Shown here: positions 21,376-32,104 of the stretch, one piece after another
How the letters are laid out: every line of letters begins with the position of its first letter
How positions within the stretch are numbered: the first letter of the stretch is position 1
Assembly: GCA_963733035.1 (NCBI GenBank)
Contig: CAVTBU010000005.1
Coordinates: 2,496,001-2,560,000 of the forward strand
Direction of reading: 5' to 3'
Length of the DNA: 64,000 nt
Source of the DNA: Pirellulales bacterium
GTDB taxonomy: Bacteria; Planctomycetota; Planctomycetia; Pirellulales; PALSA-1355
Made by a program: the position numbers and the translations under genes
Notes under the pieces: model-generated
Told to the model about the DNA's origin: nothing
The model's input: the letters and a program-made list of their open reading frames with translations, nothing else
The model's database searches: none

Positions 21376-21975
21376 CAGCGGAGACAACCTTCTCATGTAC
21401 GAGCGATTCACGGACCGCGCGAGAAAGGTAATGAAACTGGCACTAGCGGCTGCCACGCGACTCAACCACAACTCGATTGGCACCGAACACATCCTGCTGG
21501 GGCTGCTCGAAGAGGGAGGCGGAGTGGCAGCGCAAGTCCTGCGAAACGCGGACGTCGATCTGGATCACATGCGAAAGACCCTCGAAAGCCGGGTCACGCC
21601 TGGGCCGGCCAAGCCCCCACAGCGCCGCGGCTGGGTTGGCTTGCTAACCTCGGCTGATCGGATTCCGCAAACGCCCGCCGCCAAAAAGGTCATCGAACAC
21701 GCCATGGAAGAAGCCCGCGCAATGCGGCACAACTACGTAGGCACCGAACACTTGCTGCTCGCGCTCCTGCGCGACGAGCCAGGATTGACGACGCAGACCT
21801 TGATCGACTCGGGGATAACGCTCGACGACGCCCGCGCGGAAGTGCTGCGGCTACTCGGGTACGGGCTGGAATGAGTCGCTGCCGTTGTCGACGATCTAAT
21901 CGGGGACACCAGACCAGGAACGATCAGCGGAGACAACCCTCTCATGTATGAGCGATTCACGGACCGCACGAGAAA
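21376..21975 (+). repeat. 51-bp direct repeat of the Clp-N RBS and first codons (21376-21426 and 21925-21975)
   Basis: 48/51 identical by manual alignment. Confidence 0.9.
21395..21874 (+). CDS. Stand-alone Clp N-terminal domain protein
   Basis: MYERFTDRARKVM and two GTEH(I/L)LL repeats; no AAA+ domain. Confidence 0.88.
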   Translation: MYERFTDRARKVMKLALAAATRLNHNSIGTEHILLGLLEEGGGVAAQVLRNADVDLDHMRKTLESRVTPGPAKPPQRRGWVGLLTSADRIPQTPAAKKVIEHAMEEARAMRHNYVGTEHLLLALLRDEPGLTTQTLIDSGITLDDARAEVLRLLGYGLE

Positions 21976-22164
21976 CTATGATCGAGTTGCAAACAGGGCC
22001 GCCAGAAAGGCGCCATATGCCAATGCCAACACGACGGCACCAAATATGCCGACACGGCGGTAGAACGGGTTCGCCCATACTCGCCACAACCAAACAGACA
22101 AGATGGTAGCGGAAATTGCAATCTGCACCACAATCGCGACAGCACCGAGTGTAAAATCGCTCAT
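21976..22164 (-). CDS. Small two-TM hypothetical protein
   Basis: 62 aa from MSDFTLG with two hydrophobic helices. Confidence 0.5.
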   Translation of the reverse strand: MSDFTLGAVAIVVQIAISATILSVWLWRVWANPFYRRVGIFGAVVLALAYGAFLAALFATRS

Positions 22165-22353
22165 GTGTGTGCGCCACCAATCACTTGGGATATCGCCAAC
22201 TTCGGCCGGCATTGTGCGATAAGTTACTTTGCTGGGCAGCGACGGCACTACTGACCATCATCGGTGATATTCGTGACGCCTTTTCGCATGCCAAAGATCC
22301 TTGGCGGGTGCCCCAATATCCACTCACCGGGAATCGTTTTTGACTATGGAGTT

Positions 22354-23001
22354 TCACTGGCCGTGAGAGCTCCAACGCTCCAGCACGGCAACAACCGCCG
22401 CCTGATGATGCTTCTTTGCAATCTGCAAGGGAGTCTCGTGAAGCATATTCTCTGCATCTGCATTCGCTCCCTGCTCAAGGAGCAACCGAGCCACTTCCGC
22501 GCGACCATGGAGTGCCGCGACATGCAGGGGCGTTTCGTTGTGCCGGAAGCCAAGCGAATTGACTTGTGCGCCAGCGTTGAGCAGCGCACTTGCAATTGGA
22601 ACGTTTCCCGAGGCCGCGGCCAAATGCAGTGGAGTCGCCGAGTCACCTTTTGCATTCACATCACTGCCAGCATTGATAAGTAATTCCACAATATCGAGAT
22701 GTCCAGCCGTCACTGCGACGTGAAGTCCTGTATTGCCTAGAAAGGTCGTCGATCCGATCAATTTCGGCTGATCCGCGAGGAGACTCTTGACGCGATGCAA
22801 ATCCCCTAACTCGACGGCATCGAAAAAAGATCTTTGCCCCAAAAACGTCAACGTCAGAAACATTCCCCCTAATACCCAGATGCCAATTATTCCTGGAACT
22901 AGTACTTTTCTCCATCTCCGTCGGCCCGCTTCGCGCGTGCATAAAAATGCCCCTAGGGTCAGAGCTAAAAGCCACGCGACGAGTACAACGTGCGACGACA
23001 T
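22354..23001 (-). CDS. Membrane-anchored ankyrin repeat protein
   Basis: Two N-terminal TMs followed by TGLHVA, TPLHLAA, TPLHVAA and TPLQIA repeats. Confidence 0.88.
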   Translation of the reverse strand: MSSHVVLVAWLLALTLGAFLCTREAGRRRWRKVLVPGIIGIWVLGGMFLTLTFLGQRSFFDAVELGDLHRVKSLLADQPKLIGSTTFLGNTGLHVAVTAGHLDIVELLINAGSDVNAKGDSATPLHLAAASGNVPIASALLNAGAQVNSLGFRHNETPLHVAALHGRAEVARLLLEQGANADAENMLHETPLQIAKKHHQAAVVAVLERWSSHGQ

Positions 23002-23067
23002 ATTCTAAAATCGCATGTCCCGTGAGGACCCAATGAGGACATCCGCTCTGACCAACCCAGCCGCCCC

Positions 23068-23745
23068 TCACACCTCGGCATCGCCGATCACCGAGCTGCC
23101 GCCTGCCAATTCACAGATTTGCTGTATGAACCGCAGGTAGCCTCGCTCAATCGTGGGCGAGGCCCCTGTGCGCTGGAAAATCTCGACCAACGCAACCGTT
23201 TGGTGCTTCTTCTTCACGGTACCGAGCAACAGGAGCGATTCCGTGGGATTGCCCCGGTCGTCGTCACGTTGACCCTGCTCGTTGGGCCCGATCGCTGCCG
23301 CCGCGCCCTCGGCAAACGCGCGCTCCAACAGTCGACGGTGCCAGGGCTCCAGCAGTGTACGATGGAAATTCTCTGTCGTGCCGGCTCCCACGGCGATGCG
23401 CAACCGCAGACGCTTTGCATCGCGCGTCCACACCGCGCCACCAAGCGCCGCCAACATCGTGATCAGGCCGGTCAGCATCTCTTTGTAATAAGCATCCGCA
23501 TCCGTCGCAGTGTCAGACAACTGCTCGATGTGGTGCAGCCAACCGCGAATTCTTCGTTTCACATCCGCAATCGCATCGGTCGCTTTCGGCGGCCCTGGCC
23601 CATCGAACCAAAGCAGGCACCCGCAATAAGGGCAGGGCGCGTCCGCAATGCGCGCACCGCTGGCCGACGGTTCCAGCCGAACCTCCCGCCCGCACAGCGG
23701 ACAGCGATTCGGACTCCCCTCGGGCGTTCGTGACGAAACGGTCAT
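23068..23745 (-). CDS. Zinc-finger plus GAF-like hypothetical protein
   Basis: SSRTPEG...CPLCG...DAPCPYCGCLLWF, then GGAVW...VEIFQR...GYLRF. Confidence 0.7.
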   Translation of the reverse strand: MTVSSRTPEGSPNRCPLCGREVRLEPSASGARIADAPCPYCGCLLWFDGPGPPKATDAIADVKRRIRGWLHHIEQLSDTATDADAYYKEMLTGLITMLAALGGAVWTRDAKRLRLRIAVGAGTTENFHRTLLEPWHRRLLERAFAEGAAAAIGPNEQGQRDDDRGNPTESLLLLGTVKKKHQTVALVEIFQRTGASPTIERGYLRFIQQICELAGGSSVIGDAEV

Positions 23746-23880
23746 CGCTGGCACAAGCCCCGACACAACTGGACAAACGATGAATCAACTCACATTCGTT
23801 GTAATGGCACGACGTCGGCGGAACTTCCGCAGACGGGATGAAAAATGGACCGGATTAAGATTCGCCGTCCACAAATCGCT

Positions 23881-25928
23881 CTACTCCAAGTCCAACTTCT
23901 CCAGGTCGGCGTCCAACGCCTTTTGCTGCGCCGCGATCTCTTCATTAATGCGCTGCAACTGATCGTGCAGCCGTTCGACATCGTCCTCCTGTTGGTTGAG
24001 CTTGGTGCTGTAGCGATTGTACAGCGCCGAGGTTCGAGCCAGTTGCTCCATGTTCGAGCGAATTCGAGACTGCTCCTGCTCGATGGCCTGCATTTGCTGC
24101 GCGAGCAACTTTTGCCGCGAGGTTGCGTCGGCCAATTGTTGTTTGCGTTGCAATAGCTCGGCCAGAGCTGTTTTAATCTCGGGCGAAATCGCCTTCTCCT
24201 GGATGTACATGGCAACGGTTGCGTCGTCGCTATTCCCCAGACGCATCTGGGTGTCGCCGTCATGTTGCTCCACCACCGCAAGCGTGGTTGGTTTTTTGTT
24301 GTCGGCCACGATTTCGAAGCGATACAGCGAACGCGTCGTTTCGGTTGCGGCCGATGCGTCGGCTAGCTCCCAGGGCGGGTCGATCGGCTGCTCGACGAGC
24401 AACGTCTTGCCGCGCTCGCCGGAATTCTTGATCGTGTAAATCCGTGTGCGACGATGCCGGCTGCGAACCTGCAAAATACCCCTCCTGATCGACGCCTGAA
24501 CGATCTCCTCTTCGTCCGGCACGCTCTGAGAGGCAACTTCCGTGTCGAGATCGAGTGCGTAGCTAACCAGCCGCGTCGCGCCGGGCGCTAGATCTTCGAT
24601 CTGCGCGTCACCGGCATAAACGCCGCCGTCGAAGACCGTGATCGGCCCTTGCATGAGGTGCAGCTTGGTGTCGTTCGTAAGCCGCACGGCGTTCAATGGG
24701 TGGACGCCTTGGACAGCCGCGTTATAAATGCCCAATTTCTTGCCTGCGACCTCCTGATTGACGATCGGCAGCAATGCCGATTGCTGGCGGGCCAGCGTCA
24801 CGGGCTCCTCGATGACGTATTGGAATAATTCGCCTACGTCCTCCGCTTGAGCAACGGCCTGCACGCCAGCGCGCGGGTCGACCGGGACGGCACCGCCGCC
24901 GCCCATGCCGCCTCCCATCCCACCCATCATTCCACCACCCATGCCGCCTCCCATCCCACCCATCATTCCGCCGCCCATCGGGCCGCCCTCGGGCAGTTTT
25001 AAGTTTTGGCCGTGTATTTGCGGCCGTAGGGACGAGAACAAATTGGGGACGACCGTTGGGCGCGAAGCGTACAACGGTCGGTACAAATCCATCATGAACG
25101 AAATCGGACGGCCGCTGACCAAGGTCAGGTCGACACCCTTCCAGTCGTGCTCCGTCGTGTTTTCGACAATGGCCCAACCTTGCAGCGCCGCCTGCCCGCC
25201 GTCGAGTAGCATCAGGCGGTAGCTCGTTTTCCAGATGGGCGACTCTTGCACGTAGCCCACTCGCACCGGCCGCTCCCCCTTGCCGACGAACTTGAGCGTG
25301 ACCGTTTTCTTATCCGACACGCGACCTTCGGCCAGCACCGACAAGGCTTCTTGAAAGTCGCCACTGATCTTTTCGTCGAGAAAGCGAATCTCGCCGATGT
25401 CTTCCAGCGTGACGCTGCGAAGGCCCGTGGCGGTTAACAGGTTGAGCACTTCAACTTCGATCGCGGCGTCCTTGCCAACTCTCTCCAGGCGGCGCTCGAT
25501 GCCCACGATTCGGCCTTGGACTGGCCGCGGAGCATCAATTTCGACCCGTTGCCCGCGCACCTGGCGCAGCAAATCGGCAACGGTCGGCTCATTCGTCAAG
25601 TCGACGGCAAAGGTCTTCAGCGTCTTGGCGATCGGGTCGCGAGCGCCGTAGGTGATGGTGGAAATGCGACCGCCCCCGCGGTCTTCGAGCACCATGCTTT
25701 TCAGTAGATCGTTGATATCGTTGACGTTGAACTTGAGCGGCACTTCGGCATCGCCGGTGATCATGCCGCTGTGGGTATAAAACCCGACGCCAGAACTGAA
25801 CATGACGACGCGCGCCAGCGGCAACTCATTGGCGGCCGGCTCGGCGGCACAAAGCCGCGCGCAGCCAGGCACAAGACGAGTGATAGTCCGCCGGCGGCCA
25901 GGCATACACGCGCAGCAAGCCGTGCCAT
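23881..25928 (-). CDS. DUF4139/DUF4140-like secreted protein with C-terminal coiled coil; apparent frameshift near 25860
   Basis: VVMFSSGVGF, INDLLKS, PIWKTSYR, GWAIVEN. The signal peptide MARLAARVCL... (GGAGG RBS) is in another frame. Confidence 0.8.
24902..24973. repeat. Tandem 36-bp repeat (2 copies) encoding a Gly/Met-rich linker
   Basis: cccatgccgcctcccatcccacccatcattcc(a/g)cc(a/g) twice. Confidence 0.85.
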
Positions 25929-26131
25929 GGGCCGAGCCCTCCGAGCTGAGGAGTTGAATCGAATCCGTTCCGTAGGCGAGGCGAACACCCGCGATTCTAA
26001 CATGTTGCCGTTGGCCGTGCACATTTCTCCTCCCAGATCGAGATGCCTTGATTGCAATTTTCCGGCACCAGGCCTAGATTCAAATTAGGCTCCTTGGCGG
26101 CCGGAACAGTTCTCAAGGGGAGGCGCTTGCG

Positions 26132-26992
26132 ATGCAAATGATCAATAGGACGGTAAGTACCGCGGTGCTGCTGGCTCTCGTTACCGCGGGCATCTCTCCG
26201 CCAAAATGCCTCGCCCAGATCTACCGTCTCACCACCGGCAGCGGTCGAGCCAACTCGATGCCCGATCGCACCTCGATTTCCACGATCGATCATGCACTCG
26301 AAGATCGGTATTTGGAGCTGCTCCAGAGGCCGATCGACTGCAACTTCCAGGAAACAACCTTGGCCGCCGTGGCCGAATACATGCAGCGCGAAACTGCGGT
26401 CCCGATGCAATTTGACAAACGCGCGCTCGAAGACGCTGGAGTAGGGACGGACACCCCGGTTTCCTTTCGGGCCTCCCAGCTCCCGGCGCGCACCGCGCTA
26501 ACGCTAATCCTCAGCCAACTGGATTTGACATTACTAGCGAAATCAAGAGTCATTTTGATCACGACCCGCGACAAAGCCAGCACGGAGCTTCAAACGCGCG
26601 TCTATCCGGTTGCCGATCTGGTGAACGCGACGCGAGAGGTCCAGCAAGAGTGCGTTGCGTCGCAAGATTTCGACAGCCTGATCGATTTGATCACCGTGAC
26701 CATTGCTCCCCAGACCTGGGACAATGTTGGCGGCCCGGGTACGATTTCGGCGTTTGGTTTAAAATCGGCGTTGGTTATTTCCCAAACAGCCGACGTGCAC
26801 GAAGCGATTGCGGGATTGCTCGAAGTGCTCAGAAGTTTGCCCAGCGCATCCTCCGCCGACGTGCAAAGCGGTATCCGCCGCCTGACCCCCTCGAACTCAA
26901 ACGCCATGCAAGGCAACTCACAGAACCCCGACCTGACACGCCTCGACGGAGCATTTCCAAGCTGGCGCATCCCCCGGAATCATCGCGATTGA
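26132..26992 (+). CDS. Secreted STN/secretin-N-like domain protein
   Basis: F.ET.L, RVYPVADLV, DFDSLIDLI..TIAP.TW..VGGPG, LVISQT..VH. Confidence 0.72.
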   Translation: MQMINRTVSTAVLLALVTAGISPPKCLAQIYRLTTGSGRANSMPDRTSISTIDHALEDRYLELLQRPIDCNFQETTLAAVAEYMQRETAVPMQFDKRALEDAGVGTDTPVSFRASQLPARTALTLILSQLDLTLLAKSRVILITTRDKASTELQTRVYPVADLVNATREVQQECVASQDFDSLIDLITVTIAPQTWDNVGGPGTISAFGLKSALVISQTADVHEAIAGLLEVLRSLPSASSADVQSGIRRLTPSNSNAMQGNSQNPDLTRLDGAFPSWRIPRNHRD

Positions 26993-27084
26993 CCGCGCCG
27001 GCAACAGCCGCCCAGCCACGTCGAACCTCGACTTGATCGCCGCTTGCATTGGTACCGGTCGATTTCAAGTGCCGCGCCAATCGA

Positions 27085-27879
27085 CTACTCCAGCGGAATC
27101 TCCGTGCCGTCGACCTTTTTGATATACGGCTTGCGCACTTGCTTCCCCTCGGCCGCCTTGATCTGGCGCACCCAGATGTTCCGGAACCGCGTCGGGTTGC
27201 CGTGATCCTGCAAGCGAATTGGCAACCGGTCGGCATGCTTGGTGTACTCCGGCGGCCTGTCATACGGCGTGTCTCCCTTCAGCGCGAAATGATTCAGGAT
27301 CAACACCCCGTTTTGCAGCGCCGTGATGTAGGCCGGCGACTTGAGCGATCCGTCGTCGTTGAACCGCGGCGACGTCCAGATTACGTCGTACACGTTCCAC
27401 GTCCCCGGCGGTTTCATGGCGTTCACCTCGGGCGGCGTTTGCTTGTAGATGGCCCCCGCCTGTCCGTCGAAGTATGTTTTGTTGTTGTACGAATCGAGCA
27501 CTTGCAGCTCGTACGTGTCCATGAAAAAGACGCCGCTGTTCCCCCGTCCCTGTCCGATCCCTCTGGCCGGTGTCGGTGACGACCACTCGATGTGCAGCTG
27601 GCAATCGCCGAATCCCTCCTTGGTTCGGATGTCTCCCTTCCCACACACCATCGCCCCGTCTTCGATCTTCCAGTTCTCGGCACCATTCCAGGCCGAGAAA
27701 TCCTTCCCGTCGAACAGCACCACCGCATCCGACGGCGGCCCACCATTCTCTCCCGGCGTCACCACCGCCGGCTGTTGCCACTCGATCCCGTTAAGATATT
27801 CGTCGCCGCGCGCCGGCAACACGGCACAGGTGAGGAGCAATGGAGCGAACAAACCGATCGGCCAGAGTTGTATCTTCAT
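27085..27879 (-). CDS. DUF1080 (3-keto-disaccharide hydrolase-like) protein
   Basis: PPSDAVVLFDG, GNSGVF, YELQVLDS, LQDHG...FRNIW. Confidence 0.9.
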   Translation of the reverse strand: MKIQLWPIGLFAPLLLTCAVLPARGDEYLNGIEWQQPAVVTPGENGGPPSDAVVLFDGKDFSAWNGAENWKIEDGAMVCGKGDIRTKEGFGDCQLHIEWSSPTPARGIGQGRGNSGVFFMDTYELQVLDSYNNKTYFDGQAGAIYKQTPPEVNAMKPPGTWNVYDVIWTSPRFNDDGSLKSPAYITALQNGVLILNHFALKGDTPYDRPPEYTKHADRLPIRLQDHGNPTRFRNIWVRQIKAAEGKQVRKPYIKKVDGTEIPLE

Positions 27880-28262
27880 GGGTGTGGTTCCTGGATGGAG
27901 CGAGTGGTTCAATGGGTACCGCGAGTGACAACGCCAACATTGTATCCAAACTCGCCGGGCCTTGCGGGCACTGAAAACGAAGTCGCCACGGGCGGCGGTG
28001 CCGATTGCACATGGCCGACCCGCCGCTTTTGCCACTTCGCACGCCACGCCCCGGAGCCTCGACCGAATGGGCGAACGCCGGCGCCCGCGGCACCGGCAAG
28101 GCACCGCGGCTCGCGCAATCGGTCGATGTGAACGGAAGCAGGGTCGCTCTGAACTTCCCGATCCAGAATACGTTCCGAGAGTCGTTCGCAGCCCAAGAGA
28201 CTCAACGAGGTCGCGGCCGCCAGCACGAAATCGCGAGGAGCAAACGAGGTCGGCTTTGACGT

Positions 28263-29066
28263 CTATTCGCCCAGGACCGCCCGGTGCCGCGCCCGCCGAC
28301 GAGACATCAGCGCAATCATACCGGCCGCGCCGAGCAGACCCAGCGTTGCCGCGCCCGGCTCGGGCGTGATGGTGAGGTTGAAGTTCTCGAAGCCGGCGCG
28401 GGACGTGCCGGTCTGCACCTCGTTGACCACGAGTTCGGACAGCTCGAACGTATAGTCGGCGTAATCACCGAGTAGAATGTTTTCGTGGTCGACGAACGAG
28501 CCGTTGTTGAGGGATTCCCAGATGGTGTCGACCTGTGACTCGCCGTGGTACTGCTGCAGCAACCGCATGCCGTACAGAGCCGGATTGCTCCCCACGTTGT
28601 CGCTGATGAATTGCGTGGTCGCGATCATTTCGACCTGCTCGCCGGGGTCGGGCGTGAACTCGATATGCAGCGAGTAGTACGCGGCGCCGTTGCCGAGCGT
28701 GCCGCCGGGCGTAATATCCCGCTCGACCACGGCGCTGCCGGATCCGGTGATCACGACGCCGCCCTGGCTGAAATCATAATTCAAGTCCATGGTACCGATC
28801 GCACTAACCGAACTCCCCTCGGGATTGGTTTGCACCTTGTGCGCCTGGTTGAAGTAATTGCCGGACGTGGTGGGCAGGCCAAAGCTGTTGGGCGACAACT
28901 CGGTGACATCGCCCGGATTGCCACCGCTGATCGCCGACGTCACCTGCTGAAAGATCGAGGTGATCTGCACCGCCTCTGCCGGCCGCGATACGCCGGTCAT
29001 CAACATCGTCGCCGCGGCGCACCGCAGGACGCGCGCACCGCGGCCCGATCTGGAATCCAGGCCCAT
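28263..29066 (-). CDS. PEP-CTERM protein
   Basis: Signal peptide; C-terminal TPEPGA, TM helix and RRR; start position uncertain. Confidence 0.8.
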   Translation of the reverse strand: MGLDSRSGRGARVLRCAAATMLMTGVSRPAEAVQITSIFQQVTSAISGGNPGDVTELSPNSFGLPTTSGNYFNQAHKVQTNPEGSSVSAIGTMDLNYDFSQGGVVITGSGSAVVERDITPGGTLGNGAAYYSLHIEFTPDPGEQVEMIATTQFISDNVGSNPALYGMRLLQQYHGESQVDTIWESLNNGSFVDHENILLGDYADYTFELSELVVNEVQTGTSRAGFENFNLTITPEPGAATLGLLGAAGMIALMSRRRARHRAVLGE

Positions 29067-29139
29067 CGGTTCGCCCTCCTGCATTTGTTGAAAGCTCAAG
29101 TGTCCGACCGGATTATACGACTTCAGGCTGCCACGTCCA

Positions 29140-30102
29140 TCAATCTCCTCGACAGCATCGTCGTCTGATGGCTCGGTGCCGCGCCCAGACACGGCAACCG
29201 TCCCACCGACCGCGGACGGCGGTGCCGATCAGCACGAAAACCGCCGAACCGCACAGCGCGATCCCGCCCGGCTCGGGAACCGGGTTCATCAGGTTCAACC
29301 CTGCCGTATCGATGTAAACGTCGTCTACGTAGACGGGGCCGACGTTTTCGGTGGGATTGGGTGGTTGGTTGCTCGTATTGCGGCCGGTGGCAATAAAGAA
29401 CGTCAACAGATCGTTGTTGGCCACGCCGTTGCGAAACAGGAATGTCGTGTCGCCCTGGTAATCGAGCCGGGTCTGGATCGTAAAACCACCGCCTTGCATA
29501 AAAAGCTGGGTGGTGTCGTTGGCATTGTCGATCACCATCCAGACGTTGTACCAGTCGAGCGGCGACACGTTTGTGGCTAAGACTCTGGAACTGCCGCCAT
29601 CGCGCATGGCGACGTCATCGGCACCGGGGGTAAAGGACAAGGTGAACTGACTTTCGAACTGCGTAAACGAGTTGAAGATCACGTCGCTGATTGGATTGGC
29701 CACGTCGCTCATGCCGAGCGATGTGTCGACCTGACTGATGTCCCAAGCGACGCGAAAAAACAGCGTTGCCGTACTTCCTTGCACGACGCGCAGCGCCGGA
29801 TCGGTGTTGATCGTTTCGCGGTGCCCCAAGCGGCCGCTGGTGAAACCGCCGTCCCCAATGTTCATGACCCGATTGTTCGGGCTTGGCGGATCGGCCGAGA
29901 CGCCCGCCGCCACCGGATTCGCGCCCGCCTCGGCCTGCCAGTAACCTTGGCCATCGATGGCGCTGCCGACCGAGTAGCCCTCGAAGTCGTCAATCAACGT
30001 AAACCCCGCCGTCGCCGTTTCGACAAGACAGCCGCCAACGACAACCGCGGCGAGGGCGGCTATCCGAAGCGCGGCGCGTGGTGCACGGCAAACTGATTCC
30101 AT
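29140..30102 (-). CDS. PEP-CTERM protein
   Basis: Signal peptide, DDFEGY, VPEPGG, TM helix and basic tail. Confidence 0.82.
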   Translation of the reverse strand: MESVCRAPRAALRIAALAAVVVGGCLVETATAGFTLIDDFEGYSVGSAIDGQGYWQAEAGANPVAAGVSADPPSPNNRVMNIGDGGFTSGRLGHRETINTDPALRVVQGSTATLFFRVAWDISQVDTSLGMSDVANPISDVIFNSFTQFESQFTLSFTPGADDVAMRDGGSSRVLATNVSPLDWYNVWMVIDNANDTTQLFMQGGGFTIQTRLDYQGDTTFLFRNGVANNDLLTFFIATGRNTSNQPPNPTENVGPVYVDDVYIDTAGLNLMNPVPEPGGIALCGSAVFVLIGTAVRGRWDGCRVWARHRAIRRRCCRGD

Positions 30103-30188
30103 CGTGAGCCTCCGTTATTTAGTTGTTCCGATATCTCGTGAACTCCTTGCGCAACCATCCCACTTCAACTCGCCGCAGCGTTCGGCCA

Positions 30189-30204
30189 AACTAAAGGGGG
30201 ACGG
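30189..30204 (+). repeat. REP family B copy
   Basis: AACTAAAGGGGGACGG. Confidence 0.7.
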
Positions 30205-30329
30205 GAGTCTTTTCTACAACAAACAGCCGGCGGACTGAGCCGCTCGTAGAATGCTGCGATGCTCGACATGCACGCGCTTCGGCCCGGTCCTTGCCTCGCC
30301 ACACTCCCCCGACAAGATCGCGGCGCCAG

Positions 30330-31548
30330 TCAATTGGCAGCGGACTCCTGCTCTAGTTTCTCCGCCAGGGTTTGTGTATCGCCCTGGATGAGTTTCCCTG
30401 CGGGGTCGATTAATAGCACTTTCGGGAGTCCAGGCAGACCAAAACGCTCCCACGTCTTGAACGTGTTGTCGAGAAGAACCGGAAAGGGAAGCGTCTTGCC
30501 ATTCCAGACGTGCTCCACGATCGGTTGAATCGCCCGATCCAACTCGGCCAGTGACTCCATTTCACCTTCGGGATCGACATAGAAAGCGATGATCTCGAAG
30601 CGATCGCGCCGGTCGGCGTGCTCGTCATAAAATCTCATCAATTCCGGCAACGTTCGCTTCAAGCATGGCGCAGTCCAAAGACCAAAAATCCAACAGCACC
30701 CATTTGCCTTTAAAATCCGAGAGCCGAACGTCGTTGCCGACGCCCCGCGCGTCGGTCACGTGCCAGTCGGGCGGCGTCTGGCCGTAGCGCTTGGTGTAAT
30801 CGCCGAACCTCCCCTGGGCTTGCGATGCCTTGCGCAACGCGTGGATCGAATTCCAACGCGCAAGCTCGATCACGCCCAGGTCCACGTCGGGCGTGTCGGC
30901 CTCGAGAACCAGATCGCGGCCCAGGCGCCCCTCGAAATCCCCATCGTAGGCGTCGATCCGGTAGCGCCCCGGCGGCAGCGATAGCAAGAACCGCGCCTCG
31001 TTCGAGGCGCAGTTGGCAAGACGGCGCACGTCGAGCGGCCGCGTCGAGTCATAGGGCGTCTCGATGTAGACGTTCGTCCAATGAGGGCGCACGCCCTTGC
31101 CGGGCCCCTCAATCGAGCCACGAACCCGAATCAATAGGCCGAGCCGGATTTCGACGGATGCCATTGGATCGGAGTTCGGGATAACCGCCAGCCCGCCGCG
31201 TTGCCGGCCAGCGTCCATGGCCATTAAAGTCGGAAACGCGTCGTCCACGTTTGCGATCACAAAACGGCCCTGGCTGTCTGATTTGACAGAGTTGGGTGCG
31301 CCTGGTGCCATCTCTCCCAAGTGACGCGGACCAAACAATTCTTGGCGAACCTGTTCGTCGTTGAGGTCGGCGGGCTTGCCGCCCTGGCTCCAAAACGGAC
31401 CGTTGGCGTTCCAATAATAACAGACATCAACGTCGGACACGGGCTGACCCCTTTCGTCGAAGACCGTTCCGCGAACCTCACGCGCCACCACCCGAACGCA
31501 AATCAAAGCAATCGCGATCGACAAAGCGGTGTAAGTCAAGCATCGCAT
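30330..31548 (-). CDS. Exported TlpA-like redoxin with carboxypeptidase-regulatory-like N-domain; apparent frameshift near 30670
   Basis: VRGTVFDERGQPV, SDSQGRF; GKWVLLDFWSLDC joins PCLKRTLP in the next frame to restore CxxC. Confidence 0.75.
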
Positions 31549-31746
31549 GAGATGCCCCCTCGTAAGAATCCGGTCCGTCACACTTGGATGAACGATAGCC
31601 GGTCGAGAATCTTCTCCGCAACAATTTCCGCTGGGCTGGGCCGCTGGCAGGGTGCGGCGAGGCCTCGACGTGCATGAGGTTCGGTTGGCCGATACGGGTA
31701 TCACCATCCAATTGGCCGACTCGCAAGCCATCGCCGAAAGCATCCG

Positions 31747-31823
31747 CCCCCGCGGCCGCCCCAAGAAGAGACCCGGCGACTGCCCCCGAAGTACCGGAAC
31801 AGGTTTGCGTCCCCTTTAGTTAC
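31747..31823 (+). mobile_element. RAYT 3'-end remnant plus REP family B
   Basis: Encodes PRGRPKKRPGDCP...GLRPL*; 69/77 identical to 36165-36241. Confidence 0.75.
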
Positions 31824-32104
31824 CCCCCAACGCCGGAATCTCCGCTTGATGGCGCTAACGCACAACATCATGATTCTGTTACGCGTCGAAGTTTTCTACT
31901 GAACCGATCGGCCACTTTTCCGTCTTCATGCGTCTGGTTCCTGGATGGAGCAAGTGGTTCAAAGGGTGAGAGCGAGCGACAACGCCACCATCGTATCTAA
32001 ACTCACCGAGCCTTGCGGGCCTGGAAACCGGATTCAACTCGCGGCGCGTTATAATGTCCGCTTCTGTCGGAGTCTACACGGCCACTGCGCGACGGAGAAC
32101 GATT

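Noticed and set aside
31796..31823. c-di-GMP-I riboswitch (GGGACGCAAA on the minus strand)
   Set aside because: The other conserved riboswitch elements are absent; the motif is part of REP family B.
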